Positions 46,166 to 56,522 of a stretch of 64,000 bases of DNA are shown here, in pieces; position 1 is the first letter of the stretch, and every line of letters begins with the position of its first letter. A program made the position numbers and the translations under genes. The DNA is taken from assembly GCA_040390065.1 (NCBI GenBank), contig JAZJZE010000001.1:357769-421768 (forward strand), written 5' to 3'. This DNA comes from a bacterium. GTDB taxonomy: Archaea > Thermoplasmatota > E2 > JACPAO01 > JAHFTW01. Under the pieces are notes generated by a model, which was not told the DNA's origin, searched no databases, and worked only from the letters and a program-made list of their open reading frames with translations.

Positions 46166-49100
46166 GTGCGCTTGCCGCGCAGCAGTACCAGCAGGATGAG
46201 TGCGACGAGGACCGCGCCCACGATGGCGGCCACCGCGAGCGTCGTGCCCGCCGGCCAGGAACTTCCCGCCGTCGCCTCGACAGGGCGCGACCGGCTCGTG
46301 TCGCCGACATCGAAGGAGCGTTGCACATGCTGCGTCGCGTCTTCGCCCGTAACCGCCAGGTCGGCCGTGTAGCGCGCGCCCGGGGCGTAGCGGTGAACGA
46401 CCGGCTTTGCGGAGTCAAGGACCACATGCGGCGAGCCGTCGCCGAAGTCCCATTCGTACGACGCGCCGGCCGCGGTCGGCGTCAGGGTCACCGTGCCGTC
46501 GACCAGGACCGCCACCGTGAAGGCCGGTGCCGGCGCAGCCCCGGCTAGTGCGACGACCTTCGTCACGGCGACCGTGGAGGCGCGGCCGTCCGACACCTCG
46601 AGGGCGAACTCGAGTTCAGCGCCAGGCGGCGCATCGGGCATGACGAAGGTGGGCTTGTCCGACGTGGCGGCTTCGAGGGCCACGGGAGGGCCGCGCCATT
46701 GCGTCCAGCGATAGGTGATGGCATCGCCGTCCGCATCGCCCGAGCCTCGCGCGTCGAGCGTCACGACGGTGCCCGGGATGGCCTCGCCGCCGCTTGCCTT
46801 CGCGGTCGGGTCGTGGTTGGCCGAGAGGACCGTGACGCGCGCCATGGCGGCTTCAGAGTCCTTTCCGTCCTTCGACACGACCAGCGTGAAGTAGAGGTAT
46901 TCAGCATCGTTCCCGTCGGGCGCAGGCGCCGTAAACGAGGGCTTTGCCTTGTCGGAGCCGGCGAGGTTGACCGTGGGGCCGAAGAACTGCGTCCAGCGGA
47001 AGGTCACGCCGGCCGTCGGGCTCGAAGCGGACAACGTGACGGAGGCGCCGGCATCGACGGTCTGGGCAGGTCCCGCGTCGGCGACGAGCGGCTGCTCGAC
47101 GGGTGGGTCGGTCGGGGCCGGCGGCGGTGGCGGTGGGGGCGTCGGTGGCGGCAGGGGCTGCGGCTGTTGGCCCGCGACGACGGTGACCTGCTGGACGACG
47201 CTTGCCCAGCCGCACTGGTCGTCCTGCACGGAGAGGCGCACGGGGAACGAACCCACGGAGTGGAAGGTGTGCACGATGATGGGGCCGGCGCCGCCGGATG
47301 CATCGCCGAAGTCCCAGAGCCATGCCGTCATGCCGCCTTCTGCGTCCGTCGACGTGTCATGCAATAGGACGGGTTCGCCGACGGCGGCGGTCTGCGGGTT
47401 TGCCTGGAAGTGCGCGACTGGCGGCGTGTTGGCCCCGACCGTCAGTGTGACGGCGACGGGCGCGGAGTCGTAGGTCCCGTCATTGTCGCGATACGTGAAC
47501 GTGTCCGTGCCGGTGAAGCCGTTGGGAGGTGTGTATGTGAAAGCGCCCGAGGAGAGCAGGTTCACGGAGCCGCCCTGGCCGGTTGCTCCCGCGAATGCAT
47601 TGGCAGTATACGACATGCCCGTCGGCATTGCATCGTTGCCAAGCACGCCCGACGCGGGGACCGTCTTGGGGCAATTCTTGTAGGCGGCGACGCTGTCCGG
47701 GGACGCCACGGGCGCGTTGCCGTCCGCGATCGTCACGGTCCCGGCACCTGGGCTGCCTACGACGTAACTCGTTCCGGCGCTGGCGGTGGCGATGACGGTT
47801 TCCGCGGCCTCGTCGGCGAGGTCCACGGCGGGGACGATGGTGTACGTCGTGGAGGTCTGGCCGACGGGGATCGTGATCGTCGCGGGTGGGCTCGGGTAAT
47901 CCGTGCCCCCCGTTGCCGTCCCGGTGAACGTCACGGTGACGACGAGGGCGGGGCCGATCTTGTCGCGCGTGAGCGTGAAGACGCCCGATACGGGTCCGAC
48001 TTCGGAGGCGCTCGCCGTGGTTGCATCCAACGTCACACTGTAGTCGTCGTCGGCGATGGTGACAGTCGCGGCATCGTCGGGCGAGGCCGCCAGGAAGAAC
48101 GCGGCATCCGTCTGCAGCGTCACGGTGACGCTCTCATCGGTTTCCACTGTGCTGTCATCGATGGGAGCGATGGTCACGTCGACGAAGGTGTTGCCGGCGA
48201 GGATGGTGGCGGACGTCCCGAGACTGGCGTAATCCGTGCCGGGCGTCGCCGTGCCGGACACGACGAACGTCACGACCTGGGCCGCAGACGTGTCCCCTCC
48301 CGTCCGCGAGATGCGAACGGTGCCATCCGTGGGGCCTGTCTCGCTGGCTGCGGCGACGAGGGCCGCAATGGAGACGGTGGGCAGGTCGTCGTCCACGATG
48401 GACACGGTTGCCGCATCATCCGGCGCGGCGGCCACGGTGTATCCGGTCCCGGCGGTCAGCGTCAACATGACCGTCTCGGAGGATTCGTCGAGCAGGTCGT
48501 CGACGGGAGTCGCCTTGACTTGGACTGTGGCTTCGCCTGCATTGAAGTGCACGGGCGACGCGAGTGAGGTGTAGTCAACACCGCCGCCCGTTGCCGCCCC
48601 GGAAAGAGCGTAGTCGACGTCGAGGGCGAGGTCCGCGTTGCTGCGTGTCAGCGTGAAGACGCCGTCGACGAGGCCGGCCTCCGCTGCGTCCGCGGTGTTG
48701 GCCACAGAGACGGTCGGGTCGTCGTCGTCGAGGAGGTCCACGCTCGCCGAAGCCGTGGGCCCCGCCGTGTAGGGCTCAGACGTGTCCGTGAGGACCAGGA
48801 CGATCGTCTCGGTCGACTCGTCGTCCGCGTCGTCCAAGGCGGCTACGCTGAGCGTCGCGCTCGCCGACCCCGCGGGAATCGTCAAGGTGCCGCTCGTACC
48901 GGCGTACGGCATAGTGAAGTCGCTGCCGGCCGAGGCCGTCCCGCCGTCGATGGTGTAGTCCACGTCGACATCGTACGTGAGATCGGGTCCGCGCGTGAAC
49001 GTGAAGACGCCACTTACCGGACCGTTCTCGTCGGCATCCGTCGTCCCGGCCACCGTCACGACGGGATCGTTGTCCTTGATCACGACATCCACGTCGGAGA

Positions 49101-50622
49101 ACGTGGCGCCCGTGTACGCCGAGGAGGGAAGGTTGCTGGAGACGGTTCCGCTCACGTGGGCCGTGCTGGGGTTCGCCTCGTCGACCGAATCGTCGACCAC
49201 CGTGACGACCACGGGTTTGCTAAGCGGCCCCAGATTGTCGAAGGTCAAGACGTTCTGGTCGCCGACCATGACCGGGTCGGTGTCCACGGTTTCCTGCCCA
49301 TCGGGGCTGAGCGTCACGGTGACCGTCTCGCCGGGAGCCGGTGTGGAGCCCAACTTGACGTCGAACGTCGCCGTCGTCGCGGGCGTTGCCTCGCTGAGGT
49401 CGACGCTATCGGGGTCGGCGCTGACGCCGGACACGTCGTCGTCGTGCACCGTGACGCTCGTCGACGGAACCGTCATGCTCGAGTACTGCGACGTCAGGCT
49501 GGTGCTCGAGACCGTGTGCCGGATGGTCGTCGTGATCGGGTCCGCTTCGGCGATCGTGTCGTCGATGGCCTGGACGGTGATGGGTTGCGCCGTCTGCCAG
49601 TTGCCATCGTCGAACTGGACGCTGGTTGGGGAAATCGACAACTGCGAGCTCCCAGAGCCCGGGTCCTCGCTGATGGTGACCGTCACGATCTCGCCAGGCG
49701 CCGGAGAACCGGACAAGCGGATGCCGTAGCCGTCGTCCGGCCCGCCCTCGGTCACGGTGAGCGTGGCAGCACCCTGCAGAAGGACGCCGTCGGAGTTCTG
49801 CATGAGGAGCGAGAAGTCGTCGAGGTAGATGTGCACCCCGCTCGGCCAGTCGGGGTAGTCGGGGGCGGCGTCCCAATCCCGGTGGAAGACCTGGATGTAC
49901 AGGTTCAGGATGCGCGCGGTCGGGTACTTGTTCTGCACGTCGCTTTGCAGGAGGGCGTTGCACGGCGGCACGCACGTGCTGCACTGGGCGTCCGTGTCAT
50001 GGAACTTGATGGACGGGTCTGTCGATGAGAAGACGATCTGTTGCCAGCCTCCGGTGTTGGCGGGCCAGGAGGGAATCAACGGGAAGCCTTCGGCCTGCAC
50101 GATGCATGCGTCAGGCTGGGAATCCTCGTTGATATCGATGCGGTAGAAGAACTGGTAGCCGGCGTTCTCCTGGGCCCCGGGTCCGGTGGGCACGTTGTGC
50201 CAGGCCGAGAACGATTGCATATCGGCGAGCTTGCCGCCAAGCGCGCTTGGCCACAGCTTGATGGATTCGACGGCCGACCAACTTGTCGTTGGGCCGGGGA
50301 CGCCGAGGTCGACGGCGCACGAGTCCCCGTGGACCTGGCCGTCGTCCGGGGCAGGGCCCGAGCCGGTGTTGCAAGCCGGGCCAAGCGTGGCTTGCGTCTG
50401 GTGCCCCACCGTGGTGGTCCAGTCGTCGATGCTTGGAACGATGCCGAGTTCGAAGCCGTAATCCGGCCCGGCCGGGCCTTCCACCTGGCCATTGACCAGC
50501 CCTTCGTAGACCGCCTGCGCGGAGGGGGCGAGGGTGGCGAGGACAGCCGCTGCCGTGATGGCGATGAGCGCCCTGGAGAGGAGGCGGCTCATCGGCATGG
50601 GGGTCGGGCGGGGGGTCGTCAT
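46153..50622 (-). CDS. Large surface adhesin-like protein (Calx-beta repeats, Ig/cadherin-like, PKD domains, C-terminal TM)
   Basis: Repeated GTA..G.DY / DD..E..ET / ATV.I.DDD; WDFGD PKD motifs; VADAG; signal peptide. Confidence 0.9.
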   Translation of the reverse strand: MTTPRPTPMPMSRLLSRALIAITAAAVLATLAPSAQAVYEGLVNGQVEGPAGPDYGFELGIVPSIDDWTTTVGHQTQATLGPACNTGSGPAPDDGQVHGDSCAVDLGVPGPTTSWSAVESIKLWPSALGGKLADMQSFSAWHNVPTGPGAQENAGYQFFYRIDINEDSQPDACIVQAEGFPLIPSWPANTGGWQQIVFSSTDPSIKFHDTDAQCSTCVPPCNALLQSDVQNKYPTARILNLYIQVFHRDWDAAPDYPDWPSGVHIYLDDFSLLMQNSDGVLLQGAATLTVTEGGPDDGYGIRLSGSPAPGEIVTVTISEDPGSGSSQLSISPTSVQFDDGNWQTAQPITVQAIDDTIAEADPITTTIRHTVSSTSLTSQYSSMTVPSTSVTVHDDDVSGVSADPDSVDLSEATPATTATFDVKLGSTPAPGETVTVTLSPDGQETVDTDPVMVGDQNVLTFDNLGPLSKPVVVTVVDDSVDEANPSTAHVSGTVSSNLPSSAYTGATFSDVDVVIKDNDPVVTVAGTTDADENGPVSGVFTFTRGPDLTYDVDVDYTIDGGTASAGSDFTMPYAGTSGTLTIPAGSASATLSVAALDDADDESTETIVLVLTDTSEPYTAGPTASASVDLLDDDDPTVSVANTADAAEAGLVDGVFTLTRSNADLALDVDYALSGAATGGGVDYTSLASPVHFNAGEATVQVKATPVDDLLDESSETVMLTLTAGTGYTVAAAPDDAATVSIVDDDLPTVSIAALVAAASETGPTDGTVRISRTGGDTSAAQVVTFVVSGTATPGTDYASLGTSATILAGNTFVDVTIAPIDDSTVETDESVTVTLQTDAAFFLAASPDDAATVTIADDDYSVTLDATTASASEVGPVSGVFTLTRDKIGPALVVTVTFTGTATGGTDYPSPPATITIPVGQTSTTYTIVPAVDLADEAAETVIATASAGTSYVVGSPGAGTVTIADGNAPVASPDSVAAYKNCPKTVPASGVLGNDAMPTGMSYTANAFAGATGQGGSVNLLSSGAFTYTPPNGFTGTDTFTYRDNDGTYDSAPVAVTLTVGANTPPVAHFQANPQTAAVGEPVLLHDTSTDAEGGMTAWLWDFGDASGGAGPIIVHTFHSVGSFPVRLSVQDDQCGWASVVQQVTVVAGQQPQPLPPPTPPPPPPPAPTDPPVEQPLVADAGPAQTVDAGASVTLSASSPTAGVTFRWTQFFGPTVNLAGSDKAKPSFTAPAPDGNDAEYLYFTLVVSKDGKDSEAAMARVTVLSANHDPTAKASGGEAIPGTVVTLDARGSGDADGDAITYRWTQWRGPPVALEAATSDKPTFVMPDAPPGAELEFALEVSDGRASTVAVTKVVALAGAAPAPAFTVAVLVDGTVTLTPTAAGASYEWDFGDGSPHVVLDSAKPVVHRYAPGARYTADLAVTGEDATQHVQRSFDVGDTSRSRPVEATAGSSWPAGTTLAVAAIVGAVLVALILLVLLRGKRTQPR

Positions 50623-50882
50623 TCAGTCACCATCGCTGGGCCGAGGCTGGCATCGGTGCCCGCCTTCAGGTCCCAGCCCATAAAGGCTTGCAACCATATA
50701 CCATTTTTGGGCCGACCCGTCAGTTTCCCAAGCCAAGCATCGACGCAACGTTCCGGGATTGCGCCTTTTCGGGCATTCATGAGGTCCGAGACCAGCTTCC
50801 ATCCAACTCGCAGTCGATGCCGGCCGCCCGTCCGGGGGAATGCGGCGTCCAGGTTTACAACGGGGGGCGCCGTGCCCACTGC

Positions 50883-52430
50883 ATGGCCAAGCCCGCCACC
50901 CGGCGCGAACCCAAGGAACTGCTCGCGTCCTGTGGCATTCGCGAAGCGACCGTCGCCGGCTCCTCCGACGGCAAGTCCTGGTTCGCCCATGGCCCATTGC
51001 ACGAGGTGCGTTCGCCGATCGATGGCGTCCTGCTGGCCAAGGTGCGGGAATCGTCTGCGGCGGACTACGAGAAGACCGTGCGCTCGCTCCACAAGGCGTT
51101 CGATGCGTGGCGGACGGTGCCGGCGCCGCAGCGGGGCGAAGTGGTCCGTCTCTGGGGTCAACTGCTGCGCGAACGCAAGGAACCGCTCGGTCGCCTCGTC
51201 TCCCTCGAGATGGGCAAGTCTCTCCAGGAAGGCCTCGGGGAGGTCCAGGAGGTCATCGACATCTGCGACTTCGCGCTTGGCCTGTCCCGTACGCTGGGCG
51301 GCCGGACGATGCCGTCGGAGCGGCCGCAGCACCGCATGATGGAGCAATGGCATCCCCTTGGCGTCGTCGGCATCATCACGGCCTACAACTTCCCCATGGC
51401 CGTCCACGGATGGAATGCCGCACTTGCCCTCGTCTGTGGCGACACCGTGCTGTGGAAGCCGTCCGAGAAGGTGCCGCTGTCCGCCATCGCCCTCCACAAG
51501 GTCCTCATGGAGGCATGCAAGAAGGCCGGCCATCCTGGAGTCGCAGGCCTCGTCGTCGGCCGCCGCGACCCGATCGGCCACCTCATGGTCAACGACAAGC
51601 GCATCCCTCTCATCTCTGCCACGGGCTCGTGCCGCATGGGCCGCGAAATCGGCAAGGCCGTGGCGGACCGCTTCGGCCGCACCATCCTCGAACTCGGCGG
51701 CAACAACCCCGTCATCGTCGCCCCCTCGGCAGACCTCGGCATCGCCTTGCGCGCCGTGCTGTTCGGCGCCGTCGGCACGGCCGGGCAACGCTGCACGAGC
51801 ACGCGGCGCCTCATCCTGCACAAGTCCATCGCCGCGGAATTCAGGAAGCGCCTGCTTGCCGCCTACGGGCAGGTCAAGGTCGGCGACCCCCTCGACCCCA
51901 AGAACCAGATGGGACCGCTCATCGACCAAGCAACCGTCAAGATCTTCCTGGCCGCCGTCGCGCAAGCCAAGAAGGAGGGGGGCAAGGTTCTCGCCGGAGG
52001 CAGCGCCATCCCTGGCCTCGGCCCGTGCTACGTACAGCCCACCATCGTGCAGGCACCCAAGGGCAAGTTCCCGCTAGCGCAGGAGGAGACCTTCGCGCCG
52101 GTCCTGTACGTCTTCGAGTACGGCGCCTTCGACGAGGCCCTTGCCATCCACAACGGCGTGCGGCAGGGACTCAGTTCCGCCATCTTCACGAACGACGTGC
52201 GCGAGATGGAGACCTACCTCTCCGTCGTCGGCTCCGACTGCGGCATCGCAAACGTCAACCTCGGCACCTCGGGCGCAGAAATCGGCGGCGCCTTCGGGGG
52301 CGAGAAGGAGACGGGCGGCGGTCGCGAATCCGGCAGCGACTCATGGAAGCAGTACATGCGGCGCCAGACGAACACCGTGAATTACGGCAAGACGCTTCCA
52401 CTGGCGCAGGGAATCAAGTTTGAGGTGTGA
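50883..52430 (+). CDS. Aldehyde dehydrogenase (ALDH7/antiquitin-like)
   Basis: AYNFP, ELGGNN, GTAGQRCT, GAEIGGAFGGEKETGGGRESGSD. Confidence 0.95.
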   Translation: MAKPATRREPKELLASCGIREATVAGSSDGKSWFAHGPLHEVRSPIDGVLLAKVRESSAADYEKTVRSLHKAFDAWRTVPAPQRGEVVRLWGQLLRERKEPLGRLVSLEMGKSLQEGLGEVQEVIDICDFALGLSRTLGGRTMPSERPQHRMMEQWHPLGVVGIITAYNFPMAVHGWNAALALVCGDTVLWKPSEKVPLSAIALHKVLMEACKKAGHPGVAGLVVGRRDPIGHLMVNDKRIPLISATGSCRMGREIGKAVADRFGRTILELGGNNPVIVAPSADLGIALRAVLFGAVGTAGQRCTSTRRLILHKSIAAEFRKRLLAAYGQVKVGDPLDPKNQMGPLIDQATVKIFLAAVAQAKKEGGKVLAGGSAIPGLGPCYVQPTIVQAPKGKFPLAQEETFAPVLYVFEYGAFDEALAIHNGVRQGLSSAIFTNDVREMETYLSVVGSDCGIANVNLGTSGAEIGGAFGGEKETGGGRESGSDSWKQYMRRQTNTVNYGKTLPLAQGIKFEV

Positions 52431-52478
52431 ACTGGCATCTGCCGTTTCTGGTCTTCCCCGCGTTCCTGGTCTTCCAGG

Positions 52479-52874
52479 TTAAGCCGTCGTCGCTGCATCC
52501 GTCTTCGTCGGCAATTCGCAGAATTCGGCTTCCTTGTCCTCGACGTAGATCTCGACGTGCCCGAACTCTTTCGTCTCGACGGTGATGTGGATGCGGTTGC
52601 CGCCCCGCATGAGGCGGCCCGGAAAGTGGAGGGTTGCTTCCTGGCCCTTGCGGAAGACGAAGGGCTTCGACTCCGCAATGGAGGACAGGTCGAGGTGGTC
52701 CATGCCGATGTCACTGGGCTTGTATGAGATGCCGTTGACGACGACGTGGGGAGGGGCAAGGATGGTGGCGACCCGCAGCGGGTTCTGCAGGGTGAAGGCA
52801 AAGCGGCCGTCGCCTGTCTCACGGAGGCTCCCGCGCTTGTAGAGGCGGCGCAGCAGGAACTCCGGGACAATCAC
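52479..52874 (-). CDS. Conserved hypothetical protein
   Basis: VPEFLLRRLY.RGSL...F.F.L.NP; coding-like codon bias. Confidence 0.65.
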   Translation of the reverse strand: MIVPEFLLRRLYKRGSLRETGDGRFAFTLQNPLRVATILAPPHVVVNGISYKPSDIGMDHLDLSSIAESKPFVFRKGQEATLHFPGRLMRGGNRIHITVETKEFGHVEIYVEDKEAEFCELPTKTDAATTA

Positions 52875-52926
52875 GCCCTAGAATGGACGCGCGAAATGAT
52901 AGGCATTGCCTTTGGGGTACGGGCCG

Positions 52927-53313
52927 CTACTGCAATTGCGCGCCGGTCAGCACGACCTTGCCACGCAGGGCCCCCGTGTCCAGCGTGAGGCGGAACCAGT
53001 ACGTGCCCGGTCCGACGACGTTGCAGTTGGTCGACGTCTGGGGGTTCCCGAGGTTGATGCCGGCGGCGCCGTAGGCTGTGAGGTGCAAGTCCATGCATCG
53101 GACGCCGTTTCCGCCCGTCACGTGCAGTCCCTGGCCGTAGCCTCCGTCGACGGTGAAGTCGACCTTGACCTCGCGCCGCTGGTCGACGTGGAAGTAGAAG
53201 GTGGCGCCGCGACCCGACGCGAGTGTGAACGTGGACGCATCGTACACGTGGTTGTTGGCTGCCGCAAGCGGGGTGACCATCAGGCAAAGGGCGAGGGCAA
53301 CGAAGAGCCGCAT
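52927..53313 (-). CDS. Small secreted protein
   Basis: Signal peptide MRLFVALALCLMVTPLAAA; TATA ~28 nt upstream. Confidence 0.7.
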   Translation of the reverse strand: MRLFVALALCLMVTPLAAANNHVYDASTFTLASGRGATFYFHVDQRREVKVDFTVDGGYGQGLHVTGGNGVRCMDLHLTAYGAAGINLGNPQTSTNCNVVGPGTYWFRLTLDTGALRGKVVLTGAQLQ

Positions 53314-53425
53314 GCCCTCTGCTCCGTTTGTGCCGGGGTATAACCTGATTGGCGGACGCGCACAAAATTAGTGGGCTCGATGAAATCTTCAGCGACGCGA
53401 CCAAGCGCGCGGCCCAATGGTCGAT

Positions 53426-55162
53426 TCAACCCTGTTGCGGCGTCATCTCGCCAGCGGTCTGCGGGCTTTGGAAGTCGACGAGGGTGCCGCGTAGGGTCTG
53501 CAAGTCGATGAGAGGCATCCTGCACGGGTCCGGCGTGAAGTTGAGCATCTTCTGGTACGACGTCTGGCTCTGCCACGTGCCGCAGTTGACCATCTGCACG
53601 CCGCGGTACATCTCGATGCCTGGGACGTGCACGTGGCCGGTGACGAACAGGTCCGGGACTTCCGAGATGACGAGGTAATCGTGGTGTTCCGGCGCCACCG
53701 GTGTTTTGTCGCCGTAGATGGGGGCCAGGTGGCGACTCTGCAGCATCTGCTTCATGGTGGCAAGCGGCTTGTTGAACTCCAGGTGCCGCGTCGCGACGGC
53801 GAAGTCGATGAGGCTGTTGCCGTGGTAGCCCAGGGTGGTGACCCCGTGCAAGCGGAACGTGGCAGGATTCGCCACGAAGCGCGCCTTGTGGTGGTCGAAG
53901 CGGTTGCGCACCTCGGCGGCGAAGGCGGGCTGCGGTTCCGCGGGTCGGCTTGCGTCGTGGTTCCCAGGTTGGACGACGATCTCGACGTGGTCGGGGACGG
54001 CGGCCATCCAGTCACCGAAGGCGCCGTACTGGTCGTAGATGTCCGGGATGGAGAGTTCGTGTTGTTGCCCGGGGTAGATGCCGACGCCGTCGACGAGGTC
54101 GCCCGGGATGACGAGGTACTTGACGCGGCCCGCGGCATCGCGTTCGCGCTTCGAGCCGCCATGCCCCGACAGCCAGCGCAGCATGCGGGTCCAGTTCTCG
54201 GCGAGGAATGTCTTGCTGCCGACGTGGATGTCGGACAGGAACGCCGCCATGACGGGCACCTCGGCGCCGCGCTTGCGATCGTGGTCAGGGATGGGGACGT
54301 CGGGGCGCAGGATGGCCTCGATGTAGAGCATGTCGCCTTTCGCGCTGGCCGAGCCCTGCACGCCGATGACCTCGTCGGGGACGAGCGTGTCGGCCATGGC
54401 CATGAGGGCCTCGTCGCTGTTGCGCACCAAGCCGAGGATGGCGCCCGTCTCGTCCTCCAGTTCGACGCGCTTGTGGCCGCTCTTCGTGGTACCGACTTCG
54501 ACGACCATGCCGATGACCTGCACGTCGCGTGCCCCCGCACGGATGCGTTCGACTGCCGTGGCGTTGCGCATCTCGCGGCGGCCGCGCAGCATCTTGGCGA
54601 TCTGCCGGTAGCGGTCCTGGAAGTAGGCGGTGAAGTCTGCCGTCGTCCCCTCGCATGTCGACGAGCCGGTCATGTCGGCCACGACCTCCAGCCGGCCGGC
54701 ATACTCGGCGGCCACGGGGCGCCAATCGCCACGCGGTTCGATGCGCATCGGCTGGCGAGGCGCCGGCGCTTGCGGTGCAGGGGTCATGTCGGCGTCATCG
54801 TCGGTTTCGTCGCCGTCGGACTCCTCGGAGGGTGCGTTGTCGTACACTAGGCCAGCGGCGCGGCGGAGTGCGTCCTTGCGGGCCCGTTCGGCCTCGGGGT
54901 CTGCCGTCCGGGGCGGCGGGGGAGGGCCGGTCCTTTCGCGCTGCTGCTCCTCGATGCGGTTCCACATCTCGCGGTCGAAGTGGAACGGCACTTCGCGCAG
55001 GCCAGAGAGGACGGCCTGCGCCCGCACCGGCCCGTCGGGGGATGCGCCCAACTCGGCCAGAAGCGCCGGTTCCGCAAGGGCGCCGTGCGACTCGAAGAGG
55101 GCCACGAGGTCGACGGCGCGTCGGCCTGCGGCCTGCGGCTCAAGGCTCGCCGTGGCATCCAT
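53426..55162 (-). CDS. polB: DNA polymerase D small subunit DP1
   Basis: OB fold, then phosphoesterase motifs SDIHVGS, GDLVDG, PGNHD, YHG, RHLAP, GHVH, WQSQT. Confidence 0.95.
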   Translation of the reverse strand: MDATASLEPQAAGRRAVDLVALFESHGALAEPALLAELGASPDGPVRAQAVLSGLREVPFHFDREMWNRIEEQQRERTGPPPPPRTADPEAERARKDALRRAAGLVYDNAPSEESDGDETDDDADMTPAPQAPAPRQPMRIEPRGDWRPVAAEYAGRLEVVADMTGSSTCEGTTADFTAYFQDRYRQIAKMLRGRREMRNATAVERIRAGARDVQVIGMVVEVGTTKSGHKRVELEDETGAILGLVRNSDEALMAMADTLVPDEVIGVQGSASAKGDMLYIEAILRPDVPIPDHDRKRGAEVPVMAAFLSDIHVGSKTFLAENWTRMLRWLSGHGGSKRERDAAGRVKYLVIPGDLVDGVGIYPGQQHELSIPDIYDQYGAFGDWMAAVPDHVEIVVQPGNHDASRPAEPQPAFAAEVRNRFDHHKARFVANPATFRLHGVTTLGYHGNSLIDFAVATRHLEFNKPLATMKQMLQSRHLAPIYGDKTPVAPEHHDYLVISEVPDLFVTGHVHVPGIEMYRGVQMVNCGTWQSQTSYQKMLNFTPDPCRMPLIDLQTLRGTLVDFQSPQTAGEMTPQQG

Positions 55163-55196
55163 CCCATTGCGTCCAAGTGCCGCCGCGCGGAAAAGC

Positions 55197-55835
55197 CTAC
55201 TCCAGGCCGGCGAGGATTGTCGCGACCGCGGCGACGGCCTGCTCGTTGTGGCTTGGCTCGAGGAAGTGGCCGGCGCCCTCGATGACGGCGACGTGCGCCG
55301 GGCGCGAAAAGGCGGCCGCCAACGTCTGCGCATCGGCAAGCGGCACGAAGCCGTCGCGGTCGCCGACGACGATGTCCGTCCGAGCGGCCACGCGGGGGGC
55401 GTCGTCGACGGGGCGCAACTTGGATTCGGACAGCGCAAGGGGCGTGCCGATGAGGACGAGGCGCAGGGGCTTGCGCAGCGTGGCAAGGCGGCATGCGACG
55501 GCGCCGCCGAACGAGTAGCCCACGACGATGGGGACCTTGCCTGTCTCTGCCGCCATGGCGTCGAACACTGCAGCCGCGTCGTCGACCTCGCCTGGACCCG
55601 AAGCGTATGCCCCCTCGCTGCGGCCGACCCCACGGAAGTTGAACCGCACGACGCGGAAGCCGGCCTCGGCCAGCCCCTGCGCTACGTCATGCACGAGACG
55701 GCTGCCCATGGTGCCGCCCCACTGCGGATGCGGATGGAGGAGGAGGACCGGCTGCCCGTCTTCCGGCCCGTCGAAGCGAGCATCGAGACGCCCCGCAGGC
55801 CCTTCCACGAAGCGGGACTGCGTTGCATGCGCCAC
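55197..55835 (-). CDS. Alpha/beta hydrolase
   Basis: HPHP..GGTM, FNFRGVG.S.G, GYSFG, GAGHF. Confidence 0.92.
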   Translation of the reverse strand: MAHATQSRFVEGPAGRLDARFDGPEDGQPVLLLHPHPQWGGTMGSRLVHDVAQGLAEAGFRVVRFNFRGVGRSEGAYASGPGEVDDAAAVFDAMAAETGKVPIVVGYSFGGAVACRLATLRKPLRLVLIGTPLALSESKLRPVDDAPRVAARTDIVVGDRDGFVPLADAQTLAAAFSRPAHVAVIEGAGHFLEPSHNEQAVAAVATILAGLE

Positions 55836-55915
55836 AGGGCGTCCACCGGGGGTTGGCGGTCAAGCGTTGCGGCCTTGTCGGACAGGATTATGCATGGCTG
55901 GGCCCATGGCGGTGC

Positions 55916-56137
55916 GTGCAATGTTTTCGTTGTGCAAGCGCAGCGCGCGCCACCTGTTGCTTCTGCGGCAACGCCGTGTGCGGCGACCATCGACAGAACA
56001 GCCGCATGGTGTACGGCTGGATGGCAACCGGTTCGGGCGGCTGGGGCCGCGTGCCGCGGACGCAGTACGACCTGATCACGGTCCCTGACGCCGCGTGGTG
56101 CGGCGCGTGCCACCCCGAGGCAGCGACGAAGGAGTGA
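55916..56137 (+). CDS. Small Cys-rich zinc-finger protein
   Basis: CFRC...CCFCG..VC.DH...WCGACH; TATA-like ATTAT ~27 nt upstream. Confidence 0.6.
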   Translation: MQCFRCASAARATCCFCGNAVCGDHRQNSRMVYGWMATGSGGWGRVPRTQYDLITVPDAAWCGACHPEAATKE

Positions 56138-56169
56138 GCAACGGTCGGGCCGATGGTTTCGCTGGATGA

Positions 56170-56244
56170 CGGGCATGGTGCGATTCGAACGCACGACAGT
56201 CGGCTTAGAAGTCCGGTGCCTTATCCTGGCTAGGCTACATGCCC
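56170..56244 (-). tRNA. tRNA-Arg(UCU), atypical anticodon stem
   Basis: GGGCATG TA GCCT AGCCAGGATA AGGC A CCGGA-CTTCTAA-GCCGA ... GTTCGAATC ... CATGCCC-G. Confidence 0.85.
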
Positions 56245-56348
56245 AAGGGGAAGTGCAGACTTCTCATCTTCTGGGCACGAGGCTTTCGGCCATGGGCAGG
56301 CATCCATCCGGCGCCGGGGATTTGGCATTGCCGTTCCCGCGCCTCGAG

Positions 56349-56422
56349 TGGGCTCGCTCGGATTCGAACCGAGGACCTCCCGGTTATCAGCCGGGTGCTC
56401 TACCAGTCTAAGCTACGAGCCC
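56349..56422 (-). tRNA. tRNA-Ile(GAU)
   Basis: GGGCTCG...CCCGG-CTGATAA-CCGGG...GTTCGAATC...CGAGCCC-A; TATA CTTATAA upstream. Confidence 0.96.
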
Positions 56423-56522
56423 GCGGGTCGGGCGACTTAGGGGTGGATTATAAGCGGTTCGACCCCCGGCCTCCAGTTGCCCCAAGCATACCGTTATGCC
56501 CCCCTCCCAGTGTGGAGGTGCA

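Noticed and set aside
46153-50622. Internal repeats as a DNA repeat element
   Set aside because: Explained by protein-level Calx-beta and PKD domain repeats.
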